Shown here piece by piece: positions 29,671 through 36,210 of a DNA stretch of 64,000 nucleotides. Under the pieces are notes generated by a model that did no database searches, was not told the DNA's origin, and saw only the letters and a program-made list of their open reading frames with translations. The DNA comes from Bythopirellula goksoeyrii. GTDB lineage: Bacteria; Planctomycetota; Planctomycetia; Pirellulales; Lacipirellulaceae. Within the stretch, counting starts at the first letter, position 1. The number at the start of each line of letters is the position of its first letter. Location: the NCBI RefSeq assembly GCF_008065115.1, contig NZ_CP042913.1, forward strand, positions 4,783,257-4,847,256, in the 5' to 3' direction. The position numbers and the translations under genes were made by a program.

Positions 29671-30987
29671 GTGATGGCGAACAAGCGTCAAAGATCAGGC
29701 GGGTCTGGTGGATCCGGTGGCGGTCGATACCGCGGTAGAAACAACAACAACAATGGTCGGCCCTCTAATCGGTCTGGCGGAGGCAATCGCGGCGGGAACC
29801 GTCGGCGAGGTTCCTATCAAGACTCGCAAGAACCCGATTACACGGAGAGTGGCGATCCTTTGCCCTTGGTCCCTGGTTCGGGTGTCTTAGAGATGCATCC
29901 CAATGGCTACGGTTTTCTGAGAAACCCGTCGACAAACTTCACTCGCGAACGGTCCGATCCTTTCGTCCCCGGCACGATGATCGAGAAATTCGGCCTTCGC
30001 GAAGGGCTCTTGCTCAGCGGCATGGTCCAGCACCACCGCAAGCAACAGGGGCCTCGTTTGCGAGAACTCTTGGACGTCGATGGGATAGCTCCCGAAGATT
30101 ATCTCGACGTAAAGAACTTCGATCAACTGACGCCCATCAACCCTGAAGAGTGGTTTAAATTGGAGACGGGTGAAGAACCAATTAGCACTCGAGTGATGGA
30201 CTTGCTTACGCCGCTTGGCAAAGGACAGCGAGCCTTGATCGTTGCCCCACCTCGTACTGGCAAGACGGTGCTTCTGCAGCATATCAGCAATGCGATCTCA
30301 ACGAATTACCCCAACGTAGCGTTGATGGTCTTGCTGATTGATGAAAGGCCGGAAGAAGTGACCGACATGCGGCGCAACATCGTCAATGGCGATGTGTTTG
30401 CCAGCAGTCTGGATAATGACGTGGAAAGTCACGTTCGCTTGTCCCAACTCGTCATTGCCCGTTGTCAGCGATTGTCTGAGATGGGCAAGGACGTCTTCAT
30501 GCTCATGGATTCGATCACGCGTCTGGCTCGCGCATTTAACAAGTGGGTCGGCAACACCGGCCGCACGATGAGTGGTGGTGTGGACATCAAAGCGATGGAC
30601 GTACCGAAAAAGTTGTTTGCCACGGCTCGTGCGTTCGAAGAAGGTGGCTCACTCACCATCGTCGGCACGGCATTGATCGATACGGGAAGCCGCATGGATG
30701 ACCTGATCTTTCAGGAGTTCAAGGGAACGGGCAACATGGAATTGGTACTCGATCGCAAGCTAGCCGACCGCCGAGTATGGCCGGCTATTGATATTGAGCA
30801 GTCTGGCACGCGGCGCGAAGAGAAGTTGCTTCCGCCCCAGACTCTGCATGCGACGACTATGCTGCGGCGAACCCTTTCATCGATGCATCATATTGATGCG
30901 ATGGAGCAACTCACTTCAAAATTGAGCAAGTTCAAATCGAATGATGAGTTCGTCAACCTGATTCAAGGCGCGAACGCCGTTGATTGA
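29671..30987 (+). CDS. rho: Transcription termination factor Rho with an N/RGG-rich disordered N-terminal extension
   Basis: CSD-like RNA-binding region 'GVLEMHPNGYGFLR'. Walker A 'PPRTGKT'. Q-loop and R-loop regions ('DSITRLARAFN', 'TMSGGVD'). The first ~55 aa are 'RQRSGGSGGSGGGRYRGRNNNNNGRPSNRSGGGNRGGNRRRG'. Confidence 0.92.
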   Translation: MMANKRQRSGGSGGSGGGRYRGRNNNNNGRPSNRSGGGNRGGNRRRGSYQDSQEPDYTESGDPLPLVPGSGVLEMHPNGYGFLRNPSTNFTRERSDPFVPGTMIEKFGLREGLLLSGMVQHHRKQQGPRLRELLDVDGIAPEDYLDVKNFDQLTPINPEEWFKLETGEEPISTRVMDLLTPLGKGQRALIVAPPRTGKTVLLQHISNAISTNYPNVALMVLLIDERPEEVTDMRRNIVNGDVFASSLDNDVESHVRLSQLVIARCQRLSEMGKDVFMLMDSITRLARAFNKWVGNTGRTMSGGVDIKAMDVPKKLFATARAFEEGGSLTIVGTALIDTGSRMDDLIFQEFKGTGNMELVLDRKLADRRVWPAIDIEQSGTRREEKLLPPQTLHATTMLRRTLSSMHHIDAMEQLTSKLSKFKSNDEFVNLIQGANAVD

Positions 30988-31081
30988 GCAAGGCCTCAAC
31001 TCTTTTGAGGCTATCTAGATTGAGGAGCGATTGCATTTGCAGTCGACCGTTTCTATCATAGCGTTTCCGGGCAACCTGTTC

Positions 31082-31163
31082 GGAGGGTAAGCGAATGGCT
31101 AGCGGCCTGATTGGAATTCAGGTGCCGGGTAACCGGTTGTGGGTTCGAGTCCCATGCCCTCCG
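31082..31163 (+). tRNA. tRNA-Ser (anticodon GGA), type II, intact
   Basis: Acceptor GGAGGGT/GCCCTCC, anticodon stem cctga/tcagg with loop 'ttGGAat', variable-arm hairpin ccgg-gtaa-ccgg, T arm gtggg-ttcgagt-cccat, discriminator G. CCA is not encoded. Confidence 0.8.
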
Positions 31164-31175
31164 CTCTGATTTTCC
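31108..31175. repeat. Left copy of a 68-bp direct repeat (3' 56 nt of tRNA-Ser plus 12 nt downstream); att-like
   Basis: Identical to 36211-36278 ('tgattggaattcaggtgccgggtaaccggttgtgggttcgagtcccatgccctccgctctgattttcc'). Confidence 0.85.
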
Positions 31176-31371
31176 TGGCAATTTCAGGGTTGTTGGAACA
31201 TCCAGAGGGTCTCGGTGAAGCTTGCCAACCTTGCCAATTGTGGCCAAATCGAACCAGCCCTGTAGAAAAGGTGCGTTTCGATCTACACAAAAAGTATGTG
31301 AACAGCCATGAAAATCGAAGTTTACGGCTATTCTATTATTCTAATCTAATCATGTGCTCATTCGATCTTGA

Positions 31372-31388
31372 ATGTTTTCTACAGAGCC
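31372..31388. repeat. Solo IS-end remnant (17-nt match to the terminal IR of the IS at 4740-5717)
   Basis: 'atgttttctacagagcc' equals the reverse complement of 4740-4756 ('ggctctgtagaaaacat') and 15 of 15 with the IRR at 5703-5717. Confidence 0.55.
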
Positions 31389-31400
31389 TTTGTGAGTCAT

Positions 31401-31441
31401 TATAGAAGAAACCGGAGACCAGAATCACTCCCGGCCTCCGG
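31401..31441 (-). terminator. Intrinsic terminator of the SPFH gene
   Basis: Minus-strand stem CCGGAG...CTCCGG (plus 412-417 / 436-441) followed by 'tttcttcta', 6 nt after the stop codon. Confidence 0.55.
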
Positions 31442-31447
31442 CGTTCA

Positions 31448-32554
31448 TTACAGCAGGTTCACAACCCGATCAGCTAGGCCCTTTTCACCCAAGACCACAT
31501 TGAGCTTACCGCTCGACGCGATTTTCTCCAGAACTTCCAGTTCTCGGAGTCGCATGAGGGTCGGGTTGTCGGCCAGTAGCTTGGCGGTGTTTGCCTGGCT
31601 ACGCATTGCCGCCGTTTCCTCACGTCGAGAAATCAGGTTGGCCTCGGCCGCCTTCTTGGCCTCGGTGACCTTGTTCATCAGGTCTTTCATGTCGCCAGGT
31701 AGGATGACATCACGGACACCTACCGAAACAACTTCCAGACCCAGATCACCTGCACGCTGGCTAACCTGCTCTTCGAACTCGCTAGTAACGGCATCCTTGT
31801 CGGTCAGGAACGAATCCAAATCGCGGGTACCAACGACAGCACGCAAAGCCAACTGTGCCTCACGGTACAGCGACTGCTTTTCGCCGTCAGAGATGGTGAC
31901 AGCCTTACGGGCATCCGTGATGCGGTACGTGACCAGAGCGTTCATACGCAAGGTGACCTTGTCGGCAGTCATGATTTCCTGACCCGCCACATCCAAAGCC
32001 TGCTCACGCATGTCGACCTCGACAACCTTCGAATCAGCCACGTTCTTCCAGAACGCGTACTGACCTGGTGCCAACGTCTCCACGTAGTCGCCGTCCTGGA
32101 ACGACACACCGACATGGTTTCGTTCAACCGAGCAGATGTCGAGCATCTGAGCAGCGTAAGGAGACCGGACAATCGTCTTCAAGTCACCGTGCTGCAAACG
32201 GACCTCGCGGGCATCGATCACTTCGATACGAACGTCCTTGAAGCCCGTCCAGTAAGCGCATAGCCCTGGCGGCAACACGTGGCTGAAACGACCCTCAATC
32301 CAAACTAGTGCACGCTCATAGTCCTTCAGGTCAATGACCTTAGCGACGTCCGTAAGCGCACCACTCTTGACGATCACATCCAGCTTGTCGTGCGTGATCA
32401 ATGGTTCTCGCTGTGAGACCACGTCGACGCGGACCTTCCACAGGGGATCGAACAACCAATGTCGACCCTTGGTCAGCAATCGCTGGAATTCACCGTCGCG
32501 GAAGTACAAACCGACTTCATAGCTGCGAATTCTCACTCTCTTAAATAGCATCAT
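31448..32554 (-). CDS. SPFH/band-7 domain protein (stomatin/HflC-like)
   Basis: SPFH core 'VDMREQALDVAGQEIMTADKVTLRMNALVTYRITDARKA' and a C-terminal coiled-coil ('EAKKAAEANLISRREETAAMRSQANTAKLLAD'). Strong SD 'aaaggagg' 9 nt upstream of the ATG at 32554; the ORF-track start at 32608 is an upstream extension. Confidence 0.8.
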   Translation of the reverse strand: MMLFKRVRIRSYEVGLYFRDGEFQRLLTKGRHWLFDPLWKVRVDVVSQREPLITHDKLDVIVKSGALTDVAKVIDLKDYERALVWIEGRFSHVLPPGLCAYWTGFKDVRIEVIDAREVRLQHGDLKTIVRSPYAAQMLDICSVERNHVGVSFQDGDYVETLAPGQYAFWKNVADSKVVEVDMREQALDVAGQEIMTADKVTLRMNALVTYRITDARKAVTISDGEKQSLYREAQLALRAVVGTRDLDSFLTDKDAVTSEFEEQVSQRAGDLGLEVVSVGVRDVILPGDMKDLMNKVTEAKKAAEANLISRREETAAMRSQANTAKLLADNPTLMRLRELEVLEKIASSGKLNVVLGEKGLADRVVNLL

Positions 32555-33020
32555 GAGGTTGTACCTCCTTTCTGGCCGAAACATGTTTGCGGTCGGCTCG
32601 CCACACATTCAAAACAACTGCGTACAGGGAGTTGAGGACTAATGATTTAAGTATTTGGTTCGCAATAGATCAAAATAAAAACGCCCTCGGGCAGCGGAAC
32701 GAATCGCTTGGTCACACATCCGTACGCGGAGTGCAATTTGAGCGGTCATGTTCGCCGCATCTTTCAGTTGCTTTCACCAGTGAGGCCGTCACGAGCATGG
32801 CTCGTTAGGCGACACGCAGCTTCCGCAACCTTCAGACACAGCGTGCGTGAAAGCGGTATCCACGCACTGCATAGCGTCGGTATGTGTTGCCGCCACGCCA
32901 TCGTCTCACCGAAGTGAACACGACAACGCGCGACTGACGAAACAACCGTTCGCTGCCCTTGGGCTTCATGGTGACGCTTTCGCGCCGGTTCCTTTCGCAA
33001 AGGGCAGGTTCTTAGCCTGC

Positions 33021-33093
33021 GGTGCGGTACGGGAGTCGAACCCGTGACAGCCAGGTTAACAGCCTGGTGCTCTACCAACTGAGCTAACCTTGT
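33021..33093 (-). tRNA. tRNA-Asn (GTT)-like; acceptor stem 5' strand does not pair (possible pseudo/chimeric tRNA)
   Basis: D arm GCTC-AGTTGGTA-GAGC, anticodon stem-loop CCAGG-CTGTTAA-CCTGG and T arm ACGGG-TTCGACT-CCCGT are canonical. However 5' ACAAGGT does not pair with 3' ACCGCAC. Confidence 0.45.
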
Positions 33094-33204
33094 GGCGGTC
33101 TCGTGCGCCTTCGTAACAACCCAAACACGGAACACACAACACCAACCGGTTGAGTGGGGTGCAGTGCGCCGCTGGCCCAGCGCCATCAAAACCTCGCATT
33201 CAAA

Positions 33205-33280
33205 GAGACGCCGGTGGGAGTCGAACCCACAAAATCACTAGGCTCTCGACCTAGTCGCTTTGCCAGTTTGCGTACCCAGT
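33205..33280 (-). pseudogene. Degenerate tRNA-like gene (anticodon loop TCGAGAG, GAG; U33 replaced by C; acceptor stem 4 of 7 paired)
   Basis: T arm GTGGG-TTCGACT-CCCAC and anticodon hairpin ctagg/cctag are present. D stem is 3 bp. Acceptor has central mismatches. Confidence 0.3.
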
Positions 33281-33499
33281 CAAATTAAGTGGCGGGTTCG
33301 GGTGTCGCACCCGACGATCCAGGCTTATGAGGCCCGGCTGAGCACTGGCTCACCCGCGCTAGTACTTCTAGTAGCCAAGGGGCCCTTTAATTGGTGACAT
33401 GGCGAACTCCCACGCCACAAGTGGCATGACATTCTGAGTGTCGCGCCGACCAACCTAACGGTCGGTGCCCGCCGTTCCACCACTTGGCCATATTCATCA

Positions 33500-33570
33500 G
33501 TAGCCCGTACGGGAATCGAACCCGTGCCGCGAGATTGAGGGTCTCGCATCCTGCCGCTAGACCAACGGGC
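33500..33570 (-). tRNA. tRNA-Glu (anticodon CTC), with unusual C33
   Basis: Acceptor GGCCCGT/ACGGGCT, Glu-type D loop 'GTCTAGCGGCAGGAT', anticodon stem CGAGA/TCTCG with loop CCCTCAA, T arm ACGGG-TTCGATT-CCCGT. Confidence 0.6.
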
Positions 33571-33583
33571 CATCATGTATCAA

Positions 33584-33670
33584 ATGGGTCGTGAAGGAAT
33601 TGAACCTCTCGTCGCCCACCCCGCTTGTTTTCGGACAGCTGATTTACAGTCAGCCGCGAGGAGCACAACC
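33584..33670 (-). tRNA. tRNA-Tyr (GTA)-like, type II, with a shortened/atypical D arm
   Basis: Acceptor GGGTTGT/ACGACCC pairs. Anticodon stem GCTGA/TCAGC with loop CTGTAAA. Long variable region. Only ~10 nt lie between the acceptor and the anticodon stem. Confidence 0.45.
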
Positions 33671-33677
33671 CAAGTAA

Positions 33678-33752
33678 GTAGCACGGGAGGGATTCGAACC
33701 CACATCCACCAAGGTTTGAGCTTGGTCGCTCTGCCAAATTGGCGTACCGCGC
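33678..33752 (-). tRNA. Non-canonical type-I tRNA with anticodon CAA (Leu codon UUG) but a short 5-nt variable region
   Basis: Acceptor GGCGCGG/CCGTGCT (2 G-U pairs), D stem CGC/GCG, anticodon stem CCAAG/CTTGG with loop CTCAAAC, T arm GTGGG-TTCGAAT-CCCTC, discriminator A. Confidence 0.5.
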
Positions 33753-33760
33753 CTTAGCAA

Positions 33761-33835
33761 GCGTCCCCGATGGGATTTGAACCCACGGCCTCCACCTTGA
33801 CAGGGTGGCGAGCACTCCAAGCTGCTCCACGAGGA
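33761..33835 (-). tRNA. tRNA-Asp (anticodon GTC)
   Basis: Acceptor GTCCTCG/CGGGGAC, D arm GAGC-loop-GCTC, anticodon stem CCACC/GGTGG with loop CTGTCAA, T arm GTGGG-TTCAAAT-CCCAT. Confidence 0.8.
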
Positions 33836-33851
33836 CATTGTCTTGTTTGCA

Positions 33852-33937
33852 GTGGCTCAGGTGGGACTCAAACCCACAGCATCCGAGTGCTTCGTCACTT
33901 CAATTGCGACAAGTAGTCGAAGCACTAGGTTCTAAGC
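33852..33937 (-). pseudogene. Degenerate tRNA-like gene (86 nt; acceptor and T arm retained, internal 9-bp hairpin replaces the D/anticodon region)
   Basis: Acceptor GGCTTAG/CTGAGCC pairs. T loop is TTTGAGT (C56 replaced by T). Internal hairpin AGTGCTTCG...CGAAGCACT. Confidence 0.3.
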
Positions 33938-33971
33938 CGAGGTGGTCTGCCGATTGCCTACCGAGCCATTA

Positions 33972-34043
33972 GTACCCAGAGCAGGATTCGAACCTGCAAA
34001 CACCTGATCCTAAGTCAGGCCGCTCGCCGTTGGCGTATCTGGG
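33972..34043 (-). tRNA. Non-canonical type-I tRNA with anticodon TAG (Leu codon CUA) and a short variable region
   Basis: Acceptor GCCCAGA/TCTGGGT, D stem CGC/GCG with a 9-nt loop, anticodon stem CCTGA/TCAGG with loop CTTAGGA, 5-nt variable region, T arm GCAGG-TTCGAAT-CCTGC. Confidence 0.5.
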
Positions 34044-34055
34044 CATCAAAGCAAA

Positions 34056-34128
34056 GTAGTCCTGGGTGGACTCGAACCACCGATCGTCTTCTTGTAAGTA
34101 GGCTGCCTTCGCCGCTAGGCCACAGGAC
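34056..34128 (-). tRNA. tRNA-Val (TAC)-like; the 5' strand of the anticodon stem does not pair (possible pseudogene)
   Basis: Acceptor AGTCCTG/CAGGACT perfect, D arm GCCT-AGCGGCGA-AGGC, T arm GGTGG-TTCGAGT-CCACC, loop CTTACAA. GCCTA versus GAAGA is unpaired. Confidence 0.4.
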
Positions 34129-34134
34129 TACAAG

Positions 34135-34219
34135 GCGGAAGTCGAGGGACTCGAACCCCCAAGTCGCGCGAGCGACCAACTGTTTTCAAGACAGTCTCCT
34201 CATCCAGCCGGATGACTTC
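34135..34219 (-). tRNA. tRNA-Ser (anticodon TGA), type II
   Basis: Acceptor GGAAGTC/GACTTCC, D stem TCC/GGA, anticodon stem ACTGT/ACAGT with loop CTTGAAA, variable-arm hairpin GTCGC/GCGAC, T arm GGGGG-TTCGAGT-CCCTC. Confidence 0.75.
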
Positions 34220-34224
34220 CGTAA

Positions 34225-34300
34225 GCTGCGGGAGTTGGACTCGAACCAACATCAGAGCGTTCAGAGCGCCCCGTCCTACCGTTGAGCGACCCCGAAGTAG
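34225..34300 (-). pseudogene. Degenerate tRNA-like gene (T arm and 3' acceptor only; anticodon region replaced by the direct repeat 'tcagagcg' x2)
   Basis: T arm GTTGG-TTCGAGT-CCAAC is perfect, but there is no pairing 5' acceptor or anticodon hairpin. Confidence 0.3.
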
Positions 34301-34313
34301 TTTTGTTCTGCTA

Positions 34314-34388
34314 GTTCCGGGGGTAGGAATCGAACCTACGGACTCCTGCTTCAAAGGCAGGCAACACTACCAGCAGCGTCGACCCCGG
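34314..34388 (-). tRNA. tRNA-Gln (anticodon TTG)
   Basis: U1-A72 acceptor TCCGGGG/CCCCGGA, anticodon stem GCAGG/CCTGC with loop CTTTGAA, T arm GTAGG-TTCGATT-CCTAC. Confidence 0.75.
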
Positions 34389-34407
34389 AATGTTTTTTTG
34401 CATCAAA

Positions 34408-34479
34408 GAGTGCCCTGTGGGAATCGAACCCACCTCGCCAGCTTGGAAGGCTGGAACCTTTGCCGCTCGGTCAAGGGCA
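34408..34479 (-). tRNA. tRNA-Gly (anticodon TCC)
   Basis: Acceptor GTGCCCT/AGGGCAC, anticodon stem CCAGC/GCTGG with loop CTTCCAA, T arm GTGGG-TTCGATT-CCCAC. Confidence 0.8.
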
Positions 34480-34485
34480 CATGCA

Positions 34486-34569
34486 GCGGAAGGAGAGGGA
34501 GTCGAACCCTCAAGGCTCATCGCTCGACTGTTTTCGAAACAGCTGCCATCGCCTATTGGCTTGCTCTTC
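34486..34569 (-). tRNA. tRNA-Ser (anticodon CGA), type II
   Basis: Acceptor GGAAGAG/TCCTTCC (5 of 7), anticodon stem GCTGT/ACAGT with loop TTCGAAA, long variable region, T arm GAGGG-TTCGACT-CCCTC. Confidence 0.6.
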
Positions 34570-34576
34570 CGTTTGA

Positions 34577-34640
34577 GCTGCGGAGGCAGGAATCGAACCT
34601 GCGTCGCGACGATTAACAGTCGCCTTCCCGTACCAGCACA
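34577..34640 (-). pseudogene. Degenerate tRNA-like gene (8-nt anticodon loop TGTTAATC; 5' acceptor not pairing)
   Basis: T arm GCAGG-TTCGATT-CCTGC and hairpin GCGAC/GTCGC are present. Confidence 0.3.
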
Positions 34641-34659
34641 GGACCCACCGCATCAATTA

Positions 34660-34733
34660 GTCAGGACGACTGGATTTGAACCAGCGATCTCGTGCTCCCG
34701 AGGCACGCGGAATGCCAAACTTTCCCACGTCCT
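34660..34733 (-). tRNA. tRNA-Pro (anticodon CGG)
   Basis: C1-G72 acceptor CAGGACG/CGTCCTG, D arm GGAA-loop-TTCC, anticodon stem GCACG/CGTGC with loop CTCGGGA, T arm GCTGG-TTCAAAT-CCAGT. Confidence 0.85.
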
Positions 34734-34738
34734 GAAAA

Positions 34739-34809
34739 ATGCGCCCAGCCGGAATCGAACCGACACATCCTGCATGGCAAGCAGGAAGGCTGCCACTACA
34801 TCATGGACG
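34739..34809 (-). tRNA. tRNA-Gly (anticodon GCC)
   Basis: Acceptor GCGTCCA/TGGGCGC (1 G-U), anticodon stem CCTGC/GCAGG with loop TTGCCAT, T arm GTCGG-TTCGATT-CCGGC. D stem is weak. Confidence 0.6.
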
Positions 34810-35010
34810 CAAGCTATTGCTAACCAAATTGTCAAAGATCGGGGACGCAAAGCGTCCTTAGAGCACCGGGTCGGACTCGAAGCAGTGTTTCACTACCGCC
34901 TTCGTCCTTTTTCCTCGCTATCGCTCGGCGGACTCAGTTGCTCTATCCGAGAGCGGAGTCTTCGCCGCTAGACGACCAGTGCTTTGTTACTTTAGTAGGA
35001 CCGGACCTAC

Positions 35011-35095
35011 CTGCGGTCGGTGCCCGACTCGAACCCTCACCCCGCCGGTTAAGAGCCGCCCCGTTTCTTGGCTACAGGGGCTGCCGCTAACACCT
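35011..35095 (-). pseudogene. Degenerate tRNA-like gene (Lys CTT-like loop CTCTTAA; T arm not pairing)
   Basis: 'TTCGAGT' T-loop motif and anticodon-like hairpin GGCGG-CTCTTAA-CCGGC, but no canonical T stem or acceptor. Confidence 0.25.
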
Positions 35096-35115
35096 CAGTC
35101 CCAAATTGTTGTTCA

Positions 35116-35188
35116 ATTGGCGTGGAAGGAATTGAACCTTCGGCCCGCGACTTATAAGGTCGCCGCTCTCACCACTGAGCTACACGCC
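35116..35188 (-). tRNA. tRNA-Ile (anticodon TAT; would read AUA directly)
   Basis: Acceptor TGGCGTG/CACGCCA perfect, D arm GCTC-AGTGGTGA-GAGC, anticodon stem GCGAC/GTCGC with loop CTTATAA, T arm GAAGG-TTCAATT-CCTTC. Confidence 0.7.
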
Positions 35189-35192
35189 AGTA

Positions 35193-35264
35193 GTGGGGCC
35201 GGAGGGATTCGAACCCACACCCACCTGGTTAAAAGCCAGGGATGCTGCCGTTACACCACAACCC
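35193..35264 (-). tRNA. tRNA-Lys (anticodon TTT)
   Basis: Anticodon stem CCTGG/CCAGG with loop CTTTTAA, T arm GTGGG-TTCGAAT-CCCTC. Acceptor is 6 of 7 paired with an A1-C72 mismatch. Confidence 0.6.
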
Positions 35265-35344
35265 TATTGTTGGTTGGGCGTATTTGTTTACATCGCAGGA
35301 CGATTGACATCATGTTGCTCCTTGCAGTTCGTAAATTGTTGGAA

Positions 35345-35416
35345 GTGGTAGCCCTGGGAATCGAACTCAGCGCCACCCGGTTATCAGCCGGGTCTGGGCA
35401 ACCAGCCCTCGACTAC
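35345..35416 (-). tRNA. tRNA-Ile (anticodon GAT); atypical D arm
   Basis: Acceptor GGTAGTC/GGCTACC, anticodon stem CCCGG/CCGGG with loop CTGATAA, T arm CTGAG-TTCGATT-CCCAG (1 mismatch). Confidence 0.55.
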
Positions 35417-35423
35417 CATCTAA

Positions 35424-35496
35424 GTCGGGCGATTCGGAGTCGAACCGAAACCCTCCTGCTCCCAAAGCAGGCGTGCTTCCATCTGCACCTCCGCCC
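35424..35496 (-). tRNA. tRNA-Pro (anticodon TGG)
   Basis: C1-G72 acceptor CGGGCGG/TCGCCCG, D arm GTGC-loop-GCAC, anticodon stem CCTGC/GCAGG with loop TTTGGGA, T arm TTCGG-TTCGACT-CCGAA. Confidence 0.8.
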
Positions 35497-35507
35497 GATA
35501 TTTATCA

Positions 35508-35579
35508 ATACCCCGTGAGGGAATCGAACCCTCATCAGCAGATTGAAAGCCTGCTATCCTTGCCAATAGACCAACGGGG
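35508..35579 (-). tRNA. tRNA-Glu (anticodon TTC)
   Basis: Acceptor GCCCCGT/ACGGGGT, Glu-type D loop (GTCTATTGGCAAGGAT), anticodon stem GCAGG/TCTGC with loop CTTTCAA, T arm GAGGG-TTCGATT-CCCTC. Confidence 0.8.
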
Positions 35580-35617
35580 CATGTTGTGATTCTTTTATAG
35601 CGCACCGGTACCGCAAA

Positions 35618-35689
35618 GTGGGCTGGGAGGCGCTCGAATCCTCGTATGCGGTGCTTCAAACCGCCGCTATACCGTCTCAGCTACCAGCC
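35618..35689 (-). tRNA. tRNA-Phe (anticodon GAA)
   Basis: Acceptor GGGCTGG/CCAGCCC perfect, D arm GCTG-loop-TAGC, anticodon stem GCGGT/ACCGC with loop TTGAAGC, T arm GAGGA-TTCGAGC-GCCTC. Confidence 0.8.
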
Positions 35690-36210
35690 CAATTTCGTTT
35701 CGGATCGGCCTCTTCGATCGGCAGCAGCCAAAGAAAAAGGCCCGGCGTCGCTATGACACCGGGCCTTGTGGCTCATCAAAGAGTAGGCCAAGTGTCATAA
35801 TCTCCCATTACCGCTGGCGAGCGCATATATGGGCTGTTCATTCACGGGTTGGGCAAATGATTTATCAGCCGGCAAATATGCCGCCAGAGATCGGGCTATG
35901 AAACTTGGTCTTAAATGATTCATTTTGGTTACCTCTATCTAAACTATACCCCAAAAATGGAGCAATGTTTCGTTGGTCTCCCTATAAGAGTGTCAAATCG
36001 GTAATTGGTTCGTGCAAAATTCTGAAAATATTGGGAGAAAAAGATTGTGAATCTTATCACGATCTCTATTGTCTGGAGTGAGTAGTTTACGAGATTCGAG
36101 TTGATGCGAAGTAACGCCATGAAAATTCTTGTCTGTACGGGAATTATCACATTTACGATTCACCAACAAGCAAATCACCTTTCCGTATTCGGTGAATCAG
36201 CGCTGCTGGG

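Noticed and set aside
28076-29691. ORFs 28076..28477 (+) and 29311..29691 (-) in the rho upstream region
   Set aside because: Neither has a ribosome-binding site or coding-like composition. The minus ORF would overlap the rho start. Interpreted as non-coding leader.
31368-31982. 204-aa plus-strand ORF antisense to the SPFH gene
   Set aside because: It lies entirely antisense within a well-supported SPFH CDS that has a strong SD, and it has an Arg/Ser-rich composition typical of GC-rich antisense frames. Treated as spurious.
32640-33020. RNase P RNA-like 8-mer 'AGGGCAGG' (32993-33000) in a 380-bp gene-free stretch before the tRNA array
   Set aside because: None of the other universally conserved RNase P elements ('GGAAAGUCCGGGCUCC', 'ACAGAACCCGGCUUA') are present. 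A single 8-mer is not evidence.
32764-35800. Numerous 60-190-aa ORFs on both strands across the tRNA array (e.g. 34390..34971, 34979..35518)
   Set aside because: They overlap back-to-back tRNA genes and have no start context. They are artefacts of an ORF finder running across non-coding RNA genes.
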